A stretch of 63,852 nt of DNA, filler included, from Choristocarpus tenellus KU-1152 (taxonomy: Eukaryota; Protista; Phaeophyceae): NCBI GenBank assembly GCA_964200185.2. It is 10 parts of 10 records of this genome, joined end to end, with 100 filler letters (N's around TTAATTAATTAA, not from the genome) between each part and the next. Parts side by side here need not be neighbours in the genome. Positions count along the whole stretch, not along the records: positions 49,514 to 57,406 come from CAXNAD020005433.1; positions 57,507 to 61,023 come from CAXNAD020019500.1; positions 61,124 to 63,852 come from CAXNAD020025251.1; 7 more parts are not named here. One strand, 5' to 3'. Each line of letters opens with the position of its first letter. The stretch's first letter is position 1. The notes beneath the pieces are model-generated. The model did no database searches and had not been told where the DNA came from. It was given only the letters and a program-made list of their open reading frames with translations. The position numbers and the translations under genes are program-made. Of this stretch, positions 49,614 through 62,403 are shown one piece after another.

Positions 49614-52600
49614 CTTGGGTGGCTTTATGCCCACACGGTTGAACAGCTCTGGGTTGGTCAGGGGAAGCTCCACCACCTCCCTCAACTCCCTAATCTGTTC
49701 ATTAAGCCCGCCAATGGAGCTGAACGTAATGGCACCTGGGTCCTCATTGAGCATGTGATAGACGGTGGGGTCCACCTGACACAGAAAAACAAAACAAAAC
49801 AGGAACACCATTCCATTTCAACCAGCAACACTTAGGGGCAGCAGGGTAGCAGTGATATCAACACAAGGCGCTCTTTGATTTGCCAACATTGATTTGCCAA
49901 CTTTGATTTGCCAACAATTCTAACCATAACCTGGTACTAATGGAGTCACCCTCACCCCCCCCCAAAAAATAGGGTTCTTCACTGGTCCTTGTCTTAAACA
50001 CAGAAATAGAATTTTAGATAGATTGACCCAGACCTGACTGACACCATGGTTACGTCCACTGGACTCAAAAAGTAACACCACCATAACATAACACAACAGA
50101 GAACTGGATCCAAATGTCTGGATCAGTATGAGTGCCTCGGAGAGGACTCAGACCCACTAACAGAAAACAATATAAAAATGGATCATATTGGGCCTTCCAC
50201 TGCAGTCTACACGTCGTGTCCAACACCAATGTTTCTACCCTCAAGTGCCCACGTTTGTAGCCCCAGTCAAAGCAAAACTCATAGATCATGGGAAGATTTA
50301 CAGTGGCAGTCAAGTGGCTACTCTCCATGGCAGGAAGGCCATGATCTGCACCTTCGAAAACATTCAGACGTACCCTGCACCACTCCACACAGCTAAAACA
50401 CTAAGGCTGTTCGTCCATTTGCAAAGCAACACAGTAAAGCAAGTATGAACCACATCTTAACACGGTATGACTGAACTCAGTGTGAAAGAACCAGGTACAC
50501 ACCAATGCACTGCAGTTCTTGAGCGGAACTATCGTACCCAACCTTGGTGATCACAGGTCAGGCTACAAGTACAAGCAAGCGGTTCAGACAAAAAATAAAA
50601 ATGTGATGAGATCATTCAAACAATACTAAAAACAAAATAATACAAATGACAACAGTGAAGAAAACAGAAAATGCGGGAAGATTTCGGCCTGTATACGATA
50701 CAGTTAGCACCACAAAAGCACAGGCATTTTTCGTGTGTATCCTGTACCAACAGTGACAACCCAACATGTGATACCACCATACCATTACATGAACCCCAAC
50801 CCCAGACACCAGCAATATTCGACACAAATCTGAGATCTTCCTGATTCAGTCGGCAGTCCGCCGAAAAAAAACAGTCAATTTGATTCACCCAACTCAACCC
50901 AGAACTGGACCCGAAGTGAGACTAAACAGGGCTCAACAAACTCAACTGTGTCAACTATACTCACATACCCAGGCATATTTGAGTATCTAATGGAGACCTC
51001 AAATCAAGAACTGAAACCAGGACCCCTTGTACCTAGATTGGACCCTGCAAAAAAAGTCCATGAAACATATTCTTATCCTTACCTCCTACCCTTCAAAAAA
51101 AATTAAAAATTAAAATGTCCTCACCTCCCGAGGCAATTTTCTCATGATAGTGAGTGTGGTCATATCAAGGGACACCCTAGTCCCTGGCGTGAGCGACATC
51201 TTGTCGAGTTTGTTCCTGCACCCAACCACATACCGCGGCCCACTGGAGGCCTTAACGATAAACCTCTCCTCATCTAGGTGCTTCAGGACATCCCCAATGA
51301 TCTGCCCGACACTCTGAGCACGAATTTAGATTAACGATGACAAACAACACAGCGGTGAAAATGATATGGTTCTAAGTAGAAAATAAGCGAGACAGCGGTG
51401 AAATGCTGCGATGAAATTTAAATGAAGACTCCGTTGTTTGTCATCCACACCACCAGGGGAAAGGTAACATATCCTTCGAACCACAAAAAGGGTAGCAAGG
51501 AGCTAGCCAGGAGAGAGCTTCCTCTTCTCCATGTTAGCATTCACTCACATATCTAATGTCAACTGTGCATCATGCCCGCACTCTCTCACTTCAGGGATCA
51601 GGATTGGGCCTTTTATCCTTCTTTTTTTTGTTTCATTACCTAAGAAAATGCCCATGGGTAATTTCCACGGCTTGCTTACTTTCTAATTAGAACCATACAA
51701 GAAGAAAATCCAGGAACCTCTAGAAGCCTATGAAATGCTTCAAATATCAGTCTTGGCACAGAGATGCTGGGAAAGAAAGGGCATGGCTAATGAGCATGGG
51801 CGAAAGCAAAGATTGAGCAGGTGTAGGCCCAGCATGAGGATGCTAGTCCCTCCTGCACTGCATACGCTTCCATTTGGAGCGTAGTATTTTGGGCTCTTGT
51901 TATCTCAGTTTGGAAAATATTCAAAGATAAGTTGTTGAGTGCTTAGCCAGATTCACGTGTGATTATTCAAGATATATTAATCTCAACCTCAAGATGGAGG
52001 TCCTTCAATCCTACAGGATGCAGCTGCTCTTCACACAATGCTTATGTCAGGGTCTACTTTTAAGCTGAGGTCGTTTCAGTGTCATCTGCCTTGCTAGTTT
52101 GCAGACTTGCCTGGAGGGCCTTGAGGTCATCTTCTGTCTTGTTATATTCCTTCACTAGGTCCCTTGTTTCATTACGCATCTGCTTCACGCGGGTCTCCAT
52201 CTCACGGTGTTCCCGAATCTTTACAAGGCATCGGCAAAAGTAATAGAATAAAGAGGTGGCTTCCACACGTTAGGTTCTGAAGGCGAAAGTTTGGCAGCAC
52301 ATTATCCATCACTGGCGAGTTAATGCATATGAACTTGAAATGTACTGTAGAAGCATGATATGCAAGGATTGGAAAATTTAAAACGAAGGGGTTTGGAATG
52401 ATGGGATATGTTCCCAAAAGTGCTAGCGCTGTCTCGACTTGCCAAACTACCAATATAGCAAAACCGTAACGCCCAACCCAACCAGCTATATACAACCAGT
52501 CTCCTTCTTCCCAGTCCTGTTGGTCCTCCTCCACAAGCGTTGTATCACGGAGTACATTGCAGAGAAGGGTAGGAAGGGGAAAGGGGTTTGACATTATTTC

Positions 52601-53316
52601 TTCTGGACCTTTTGGTCCATATCAAATAGGTAGTTATCATATTTCAAGTTTAACGACGGTAGGGGCCAGCTGCAGTGGACAAAGGTGGTGTCCGTCATTA
52701 TTCGCCTCGCACTCGGTAAAACAACAAAAACCTCTGAAGTCCCACAAATGGAAACGTATGACGGCCAAGAGAAAAGCTGATCTAGCTATGCATATTTCGT
52801 TGTCTTGAGTTAACGGGAACTCATCAACACAGTCCCTGGCATCTATATCAGGCCGAGCCCCGTAAGCCCTCCAAATTCGTGAGCTAGTTCAACTCATGAA
52901 CCTAGCTTGAGGAACAGAGATCAACAACTACTTATCATTGACACCGCAGCGGACGGCGGGATTGTCGTAGTGTCGAGGTCATCTCATAGATTCCAAGACC
53001 GCACAATATCCTTCCTGACCACAAAGGAGTTTTCAACAATGCTTCAATTACAACTAGATAGCCCTACTTCTGCTCTTTCACAAAGATTTCCAGTATGAAA
53101 TTCGACGAGCCTTCAATTTCCTTGTTGTAAAGTATCCTGTAGGCTCAGCAGAAAGTGGACCAGCACAAAGTGCAAGGTGTAAAAGATGCACGAGGATGCA
53201 CAGAACGCTCGGAAGGCGGGACAGTGGTATGCACCACCTTCACCATTCACCTTCTTGCGGTATTGCTCCAGAACCTGCAAATGCTCAACATCTGCGCCCT
53301 CCGTCTCCGTCGACAT
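49614..53316 (-). CDS. PSMC6: 26S proteasome AAA ATPase Rpt4 (regulatory subunit 10B), first four exons
   Basis: Exons 53316-53251, 52218-52111, 51313-51125, 49775-49614: ..[12 protein letters not shown]|[42 protein letters not shown]|[42 protein letters not shown]. Confidence 0.97.
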
Positions 53317-53741
53317 TTCTGCAACCACCCAGAAAGCTGTAGGGATCAGTTCAGGAGAAGTGAGGATACTCCTTTACTGGAGATGGTTGGAGCAGCGCAG
53401 CAACGTCAATCCCTCTCCACGCACAGCAGGGCAACTTCCTACTCGAGAAAAAAATTAAGTTTGGTCTTAGTCAGCCGATATCAATTACAACCTGATAATG
53501 CACCTGGGTGTCCTTCAGTATCTCGACAAGGGGCTTCTCAAGAAGTTGGTGTTGTTGTTGTAGGGCGAAGTTCCCTAACGCTAACTTTGTGCCTCCGGAG
53601 GTGGATGACAAATGAACCAATTATTTTTGGGGGTAAAAGATGACTATGAATATTTTTATTATGTGAGATGTATATTCATTACCTGTTACTAATCTCCTAT
53701 CTTGTCCACTTTGTTCGACCCCTATTCGATAAAAAGAGCAT

Positions 53742-54250
53742 CCACTACGAGGGCTCGTTTGACCCTCGTAGTTATAACCTTAACACCTTCGCGGTGGAAA
53801 GTTTTGGGCGCCTGACAAAAAAGTGGAAAGTTTTCTGGATGAACTAGCTACGCACGCGATAGGGGGGAGAGGGACAGGAAGTCGTAGCAGGAAGGGGGCT
53901 GTCAAATCCCGTCTACGACAGATGGTTTCTGTCACAACACAAGTAACCCTATCCAGACGGGTCATGGGCTTTAAGCTGTAGACATCAGGGAGATGGGCAA
54001 GGAGGGGCTTGTTAGATTCGTGGGATGCCTCCCTAGCCCCTCACCCTGGAGTACAGGACTAAGCTAGGTTAGAGACACAGGAAGGGAACGGTGTATCATA
54101 ACTGATAGTAAAATAGTGAACAGATTCGTGTTTTTCACATTTATGACAACTGTTACTTTTTAGGGTTTATTCTGACCTGTGAACAGTTAGTTATTGATGA
54201 TTTTTCTCGTGACAAATCTGAAAAATGTCAGAGGGCATAACAATAAAATA
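53742..54250 (+). mobile_element. 5'-truncated 3' end of the CRE-type element
   Basis: YEGSFDPRSYNLNTFAVESFGRL..FLDELATH plus 3' UTR, closely similar to 40795-41320. Confidence 0.9.
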
Positions 54251-55338
54251 TATCAGATTCGTGTTTATCCCTATCTGTTTCACATCAATATTTGTTTGTC
54301 GTTACACCCTAATAGCTATGGATACAACTCACCAAAAAAACTTTTCCGCCTTCAAACTCTGACGCTATAGGATTACTATACACAGGGAAGGTGCAGATTT
54401 GTTGTTTGTCAGTCGCCTTGATATCTGTTGTTGGTGTTGATGGATGCTTTGCTTGGTGGAGCGGATCACATCAGACAATGTAGAATGTAAAAATTCTAGG
54501 GGTTCCACAAACATGGGAAGGTGCTCTCAGTTGTGGAGACCCATCAAAACAACCTTCTTACGTTCTTGTTGTGGACGGGTTGAGAAAATCTCCGCTGCGA
54601 CCCATCACGTGACATTTTGATAATGGGTGAAATGCCAAACTTTTCTTATAATACCTCTAAAACCCAAGAACCTCAACTTCATTCAATAGTCTTATCATTG
54701 TAGAGGCGAGCGACTGAAAATATTTACAATAACAAAGGTGTTCATAAAAAAATTAAAAGCTAGCCAATCAACACAAGAATGAGCTTTCTCAAAGAGCAGT
54801 CTCATCAACACAGCCACAAAACAACAGGCAATGGACGTTTGTGCTTCGGTGTCACTTTGACCACTCCAATAGCAACAGTGGCTATCCTTCCGATTGCCGA
54901 AAAAGGAAAAGACTAAAAAGAAATCAAAAGGGTAGAGGCATAGAGGAGACTTGGTACTCAGACCAAGTAACACAAGAGAAGAACAAAGGAGAGTGAAAGT
55001 TGCAGTTATTTCGAGACTCTGGGAGCAGTGAACAAGATCCTACTTGAGATGGAAAAATGGAGTGGGAAAGATTCTTGCGTAAGGATCGGCGGGAAAATTA
55101 CTTCATTAATATATAATGAATACCTGAGTGGGAAGGACAACGGATAGTAACTCACTGTGTTTTGGTTATGAAAGTGGAGAGTCTTTAGTGACAGTACCCT
55201 TTTCTTTGTTCATGTGATTATGAGCTTTCTTGTTATTTCTTGTTTTTTCTTTGTGTGTATTTTGTTCACAGGGTGTTTGTTCCGTTGAACTGTATGGCTC
55301 TATGTATGTCATTATCGTTTTTGTCCCTAGCAACGAGA

Positions 55339-55519
55339 GAATCAAAATATCTGTGGGGAGGGGGGGGCGTCTACACCAGGTTGTCCATTTGGGCCCTGAT
55401 CAGGAAAAGTGCACTTAAGTTATCCATCCGACACATGCAACCAAATCTCTCAAAAATCGTGACATGGAAAAATGTGCCCCAAATGGACAGCCACCACCCC
55501 CTCCCATATACTTTGTCCC
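55339..55519 (+). mobile_element. MITE family B copy, 3-bp TSD AGA
   Basis: aga|GAATCAAAATATCTG...ATATACTTTGTCCC|aga; interior matches 36784-36965. Confidence 0.8.
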
Positions 55520-56052
55520 AGACAAGAGGCCTACTGCCCGTTGCTATTTCATTGTCTGTTTATGAATCTGAAAGAAATGAATATATAAAATGTTGGGGTC
55601 CAAAACATGAGACTAATCATCGAGTCATTTTCACCTTGTGCATTTATCTCCCTTTGGTCATCAACACTCCGCATCAGCTGCTACAAGTAAGACTCATAAG
55701 AGCTTGGTTTACAATATTTCCACTGGACATTTCTGTCTGACCTTCTCCAGGTCATTGTCAGAGAAGGAACATAAAAAAGGGAAGAAGAAGCTCGAACATA
55801 AACAAGAAGGAATCCCAAACAAACAAACCTGCTCATATATATGGGCTACAAGAAACACCAACACTGGTATCAATGCCCATGGTGCGGTTATCCAACCACT
55901 CAAAGTACATGGGATGAATAAGCATCGCTGAGGGGTATGATGGTCAATGTACACGAGAAAACTAGGATTTCAGTAGTCGTGTGCCTAAATCCTGCAAAAT
56001 AAGAGCTGGAGATGCTTACTATTTGAACATGATTGTCAATTTTAGTGAGCAA

Positions 56053-56311
56053 GAGTGATAGTATCTTAGAGGGGTACAAGTTTTTCCTTGTTTGTCCATT
56101 TGGGGCTTGGCTTCCCATGGGTTTTCAATGACATTTTACCTACTCCAAAATGTTTCGGAGTATGTAAAATGTGTAGGTTATGAAAAGATGTGTCCGGAAC
56201 AAGGTATTGACATCTCCTAGCGAACATGATAGCCAAAATCACATCAAAATTGAAACATTGGATTTTGGGGTCCAAATGGAGGCGGATCTACCCTCTAAGA
56301 TACTTTGACTC
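56053..56311 (+). mobile_element. MITE family A, full copy
   Basis: GAGTGATAGTATCTTAGAGGG...CCCTCTAAGATACTTTGACTC; TSD unclear. Confidence 0.9.
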
Positions 56312-56758
56312 AAACTGATGCCCAACGGGTGGTTCCCATTTCTGGTTGTATTAAGTTGTTTTGCAACAGTTGTTAGTAGAGGGCTGAGTACCTACCGAGC
56401 CAAAGAGGAGATAACAGATCATTTCCACGTGCCCCCAAACTGTCAGTCATCCTGTGCTATCTTGACAAATCATTGTAGATCTCGGATGCCCAAATGATGT
56501 GAAGTTACCTACCTACCAGTAAGGGATACCACATGACTCACCAATTAATTTTTGTTATAATTCCGTTGCCACCCTCTCCTACTTCACAGTATTCAAGAAA
56601 TGGAAGTCTGGACATGCTTACAAGATAATCTTTGCCAGACCTGTTGATATCTACCATACTTGTAACAAGGAAAACGATAGGTAATCCGAAGAAACATTTC
56701 ACAAATTACATTTAGATACCAACGTTTTCAATCAATATCAACGCATTTGTGTATGGAA

Positions 56759-56831
56759 GCTTGAGGAGCTCCGTTGGTAGAGCGCGGCTCTTATAAAGTC
56801 AAATTCTCTGATTCGAGCCCCGGCACGAGTA
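56759..56831 (+). pseudogene. tRNA-Ile(UAU)-like pseudogene or tRNA-derived SINE head
   Basis: A-box agctccgttggtagagc, loop cttataa (TAT anticodon), B-box gattcgagccc; acceptor and anticodon stems are mismatched. Confidence 0.65.
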
Positions 56832-57042
56832 TATTCATTTCTACTCTCTTTTTCCTATATAATATTGAAGTTCTTCATACCTTGAGGAAGCAAGAGTGAT
56901 CTTGTTTTCATCAGTTGATCCATTAAATGATTAATGCATAATAGAAGATCAATACATCATGTTTGTTTTGCTCACGAATCCTGGATTATTATTATTATTA
57001 TTATTTGCTCATTTCTAATTTGCTATTCCTCTATACTCTATT

Positions 57043-57153
57043 CCCCATTTGATGACCAACCAATGCGAATGCCCTTTGTCACTGATTGCCAGCCATCCCC
57101 ACATTTGATGACCAACCAGTGCGAATGCCCTTTGTCACTGATTGCCAGCCATC
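57043..57153. repeat. Tandem duplication of ~56 bp, 2 copies
   Basis: catttgatgaccaacca.tgcgaatgccctttgtcactgattgccagccatcc occurs twice. Confidence 0.9.
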
Positions 57154-57506
57154 CTTTCAACCCACACAAGTTCCCACTCCCCTCAACCCCACAGCAGTTC
57201 TCACACCACTCCACAATCATCCAAGAAGACATCTACCCCGCCGTAACTTGACCTCCCCTCCCCTTCAGGGTGGATTTCTTCTCTCTCATCTCGTTACCTC
57301 CTGACCTGGTTGTACCCAATCCTTCCTACTCTCTGCCAAGCCCGCTGACACTGACACTGGATCCTTCTGGTTTGTCCTAACGTACATCATAAACGCCCTC
57401 GACTTCNNNNNNNNNNNNNNNNNNNNNNNNNNNNNNNNNNNNNNNNNNNNTTAATTAATTAANNNNNNNNNNNNNNNNNNNNNNNNNNNNNNNNNNNNNN
57501 NNNNNN

Positions 57507-57686
57507 CTATCGTGCTTGTTACGAAGTGTCAATATCCTTGTTCCGGACACACCGTTTCATAACGTATACATTTTACCTACGCCGAAATTATTTCGGATTG
57601 GGAAAATGTCATAAAAACCCCGAAGGAAATCAAGCCCCAAATGGACAAACAGAGCAAAACTCGTACCCTCTAAGATACTTTCACTC
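57507..57686 (-). mobile_element. MITE family A, partial at contig start
   Basis: Ends ccctctaagatactttcactc. Confidence 0.85.
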
Positions 57687-58006
57687 ATGGGGGTGAACTG
57701 AGGCCTGGAACAGAAATGGAAGGCGGTAGTGACCAGGGCCTACCGAAGGAGGTGGGGAGCACGGACAAACAAAAAACAAAAGGGGGTGGGTGGGCATAGA
57801 GGGAGGAGGAGTTGGAAGGCATGACACGGTAGAGTCGGGATTGGTAAAGAAATGGAATGACAGAGGAAGTGTGGGTATCGCACCAGGATACAGATCTGCT
57901 ACCTGGTCTGTCAAGAAATCTCCACAAGGGCAGGAGATGTCACAGTCACAGTAAACATAAACAACCCAGGCCCGAGGCAGCTTGCAAGCAATGACAAGAG
58001 GGTGCA

Positions 58007-58266
58007 GAGCTGAAGTATCTTGGAGGGTAGAGTCAAGTCCATTTGGGGGCCAAAATCCAATGTTGCGATTTTGATGTAATTTTGGCCATCGTGTTTGTTA
58101 GGAAGTATCAATATCCATGTTCTGGACACACCTTTTCATAATGTATATATTTTACCTACTCTGAAACATTTTGGATTAGGAAAATGTTATTCAAAAACCC
58201 ATGGGAAGCTAAACCCCAAAATGGACAAACAGGGCGGAACTCGTACCCTCTAAGATACTTTCACTC
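58007..58266 (-). mobile_element. MITE family A, full copy, 4-bp TSD TGCA
   Basis: tgca|GAGCTGAAGTATCT...AGATACTTTCACTC|tgca. Confidence 0.92.
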
Positions 58267-61123
58267 TGCAAGCTGCGGAGCCTTGGCGCAATAGTGGCAC
58301 GGATAATGGGGAGGGACAGGAAGGAGGAGCCGAAAATATGATTTTGTGACAGGGTAAGAGGGTGATAGCTCCGTACATACTGAGGATGACAGTCTTTAGT
58401 AGTTTGTGATAATGAACCAGTGGGGCGTCACTTTGGAGTCGATTGCACACATTTTTTTCGACTACACACATTACTTTTGTGGAATGAGATGGGTTGAATA
58501 ATAGGGCTATGAAAATAAATATTGCCTCCGGTGCAAAGCATCGAATAGATTGAAGCATGAACGATAATGGTTGTGTCCTTTTTCCTCCCTCAAGTTGCCC
58601 TGTGGACTTGGGATACAGTGGTGCCGTTGATTGGTTTCCCCATCACAGAATATTGTCGATCACTAGTGCACATTCAGTTTACCTCGCAGCATACTCACTG
58701 TCCGTGACTCATGGTTGCACACAAGCTGGGAGAGAGGAGAACTGCAAAACTACAAAACATAATCATAAAAGATATATGGAGCCGTATAAATATTTGGGGA
58801 TCCAGGGGCATTGTGGCCCATGGACTGCAAATGGAAATTAATAATTGTGTCCTGCTGGAGCACTTGATGTCTACGAAAGTAGGCAAGGCCAGCACATACA
58901 ATCTTGGAAATTCCAGGAGACTCTGGGACCAGCGACCTTCATCTACTTTCGACAGTGTTAGACGGGGAGGATGCAGTGCAGGAGCAAGTGTGGGATGCTT
59001 CCCAGTTCGCTAGAGACACAACATGTTGAGTACCAACAAGGCCAAGAGTGGGGAAGTCAAACGTGAACTGCAAAGAAAGAGAGGGAGAGGGGGGGGCGAT
59101 GTATGGGAGAGGACTACCTTCTGTTCTCTCTTAGGTCTCTGGGACCGGCTGATGAGTCGAGAACAATGGCCAAAACCAAGATCGACTGCTGGTTGAAGGG
59201 TGGTAGGGACATTGGGACAGTGGCACACTTGTTGGAGGTAGTCAGGACTAGGAAACCAAAATACTTGGTAGGGTTGGGCATGGGGTTGGTTGGGGGTACT
59301 TTGACCTCGGTCTCGTCTTTTCGCTGGAGATGAGCATGCCATGAGTGTAGGGTCTTGGTGCTTGCATTGCTGAGAAGTGGGGGAAGTTCATCGGTGAGAG
59401 TATCTGTATCAGTGTTAGTGTCAATGGAAGTAGTCATTGCCTTGATTACTGGCTGTTGATAATTCTTTCTTGTGCAAAATTTCTTCCTTTTTCCTTTTCA
59501 TTACACTACATTTCCCTCTTCTGCTTTTGTTTCTGCTTTGGTCTTTGTCCTAGCCTTCTGTTCTTTTCAATGGGTACGGCATGTGTTGGTTGGGACTGAC
59601 GAATGTGTGTCTTTTCTCTACACTATTGATTGGCAAACATTCACCTATGGGTCTTTGTGCTTCCGTTTCTGAACAATGACCAAGGTCCATCAGTGAGAGT
59701 ATCAGTGCCAGAGGCAGTATCAACAGCTTTAGCCTTTGTCTCTATGGGTCGAGGGTTCTTATATATCCTTTCTGTTTCATTATTCCTGACAATTTTGTTC
59801 CTTCCGAGGACTACACAGCATGCTTGTTTTGTTTTCCTCTTTTGTGATAGTTTGGTGTTTGTAGTCCTTTTTGTTCCTTCCAAAGGGCACACAGCATATA
59901 TACGTCTTGTTTTCCTCTTCATCATAGTATGGTCTTTTTCCGGCTCTTTGTTCCTTCCAAAGGGCACGCTGCACGTATGCCCTTGCTGTCCCCCCCAAAA
60001 TATGATGCCCTACGTTGTACCTTGGTTTGTTATGTCTTGTTGGGGGCCAAGAAGAGCGAATCGGCGTCCCTTCTCTAGTACCCAGTAGCTATGGAATTAT
60101 TTATGGAGGGAGGGGGGAAGGCAGGGAAGGAAACTAAGGCATCATGGGCTACAGCAGTCCCACAACTAGGAGGCTGGACAGTCATGGGTGGATACTTACA
60201 GATGCATAGGGTATAATACGAGTTTGGTTGCTGTATTTTTTTGACCTTTGGAGTGGTAGATGCTGCTACTGTGGGGTCATCCTCCTTCCTGGTCATTCTA
60301 GGTACAATAAGTGGCAGTCATTAAGGTTCAGAGCAAGGGGTCAGAGGTATGACAGAAATAAGGTGTAGTGTATGTACTGGAGTACTTAGCTACACCAAGG
60401 AGAGTTTCCTACTGTTTACCTCACTGCCAGCACCTACTGGAGAAGAGTACTTACGGCAATGGATTCCCAAATATTTCTTCTCAAAGTGGGTGGCATCGAA
60501 ACATCTTTCTGGCCTTGACCAGTAGTAAGAAGAGTGGGTGATTGCAACTGCTTACGTATCTGTTCCGATGATGTTCTAGATAATAGTAGCTTGCCAGATT
60601 TTGAAGGTGCTGAAATGTAGTAGGCATATTGTTTCCTAGAAGATTTCATTTATATATTCTGTGTCTTGGCCTTGTGACCAACATTCCCACACAAAGTGTG
60701 TTGCACAAATTGTTAGGGGTCAAGCAGGTCACGTGTCAATTTGGTAGTCACATGTAGTGTGAAGAAATTTGGTTCCGTGTCACCAGCAAGTGTGTTATTC
60801 GTTTGGGGGTGAAGGGGAATTGTGTGAGGCTCATAACCTGTTGGGACCTGAATCGAATGCATCATACATGTAAGCAAAATGCGTAGACTACGAGCAATGA
60901 GGAATCATGGTGTTGCAAAGCACCGACGAATGATATGCGTAGTCTATGTTATATATAGGTGTGATTGTGCGGCAAAGCACCCATGTATATATTCTGTTGT
61001 AACTGAGGTCATTGATCTCTCAGNNNNNNNNNNNNNNNNNNNNNNNNNNNNNNNNNNNNNNNNNNNNTTAATTAATTAANNNNNNNNNNNNNNNNNNNNN
61101 NNNNNNNNNNNNNNNNNNNNNNN

Positions 61124-61505
61124 GGTGGGACCACCCTGAGATCCCACCGATCCTGAAAATCCGTGCGTTACATTTTTCGGAAGTTGTAAAGCAGATTATA
61201 TCCGTGATTTCTATTTATTTTTTTTACAATTATAGTATGTGATTTGTATTTTTAAGATACCAATCACATACTTAGTTGATATTGTACATTCCCAGTGTTC
61301 TGTATGAACTTTGTTTGATCCTCGGGCGATCGGTGGGACCACCCTGAGATCCCACCGATCCTGAAAATCCGTGCGTCACATTTTTCGTAAGCTGTAAAGC
61401 AGATTATATCCGTGATTTCTATTTTTTTTTTAAACAATTATATCAGTGATTTGTATTTTTTAAGATACCAATCACATACTTAATTGATATTGTGTGTTTC
61501 CAATG
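61124..61505. repeat. 208-bp tandem repeat (at least 2 units, first cut by gap) with an 11-bp-stem hairpin
   Basis: Unit restarts at 61332; gatcggtggga-ccaccctgaga-tcccaccgatc at 61328-61360. Confidence 0.92.
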
Positions 61506-61633
61506 TTTAGTAGCCAAAACGCCAAGAAACAACTCTGACCCTCTACATATTTGAAGTACAAAATCTTACCAAATCGGATATATGGATTGTCATAACCTAT
61601 AGAGACGAGAAAAAGTGGTTCTTGGGGTAAAAG

Positions 61634-61933
61634 AGATCCACGCGGATCTTATATACCCAAAGATCCACTTTACACGCGCGTTAGGGTTTTTTTTAAATAG
61701 TAAATCCAGTATTAACCGTTCTTAGGGTTTTTTAAAATACCAAGAACGCACTTTATGGGTCTCACACGTTTCCAATTTTCAGAAACTAAAAGGACACTTC
61801 CAACTGGTACTCACTATTTATTTAAATACAAAATCCGCTTTTTTTGGCGTCTTTAGTATTCTGTAGTATTTAAATAAACACTAGAGAACACAAAAAAGCG
61901 AATCTATATTATTCAAGATCCGCGCGGATCTTG
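61634..61933. promoter_or_regulatory. Two palindromic candidate protein-binding sites: AGATCCACGCGGATCT (61634-61649) and perfect CAAGATCCGCGCGGATCTTG (61914-61933)
   Basis: The palindromes are directly visible and each is followed ~30 bp later by CGTTAGGGTTT; function is inferred. Confidence 0.5.
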
Positions 61934-62403
61934 TTTACCGTTAAACACCCAAAACACGTACGTTAGGGTTTTTACAAAATTAGAATGATATTCTAATCTT
62001 TACATCAAAAAATACAGATACAAACCACATCCTTCATCGATCTAATACGTTTGAAAGGTACGAAACGAAAAGGTCGCAAAAATACAGGTACTCTCTGTCC
62101 CAGTTCAATATTAAATCGTACACTGTTTGATGTTCGTATTTTTTATAACACATTTCTCATCAAAAAATGTAAAATCTGAGTTTTGAGGATCTACAGACCA
62201 GATGAAATAAAACAGCAGCTCCCGTCCCTCAGTCCTCATTTCAATTCATTCCCTTCCATAGATATCACGCAGACCTCTTAATTATCCATCCCCATCACAC
62301 CCTCCCAATCTTCGCCTTATCCAACATTCCCTCAACAACAACCCACCCGCCCGCCGATGTCGCTGCCCACGGATCGAGAACGTTGGACAGCAATCTGAAG
62401 GGC

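Noticed and set aside
49874-49915. Three 14-bp repeats (ttgatttgccaac) in an RPT4 intron
   Set aside because: Simple slippage repeat with no further structure.
58400-59330. Possible non-LTR RT remnant (PYKYLGI), with similar hints at 55740-56750 and 27300-27830
   Set aside because: A single short motif among many stops; cannot be assigned without a profile search.
1-62032. One giant ~62-kb element bounded by terminal inverted repeats
   Set aside because: The two copies are substantially diverged, lie on different contigs separated by nine artificial spacers, and the ParB gene lies outside the pair. They are better read as two family members.
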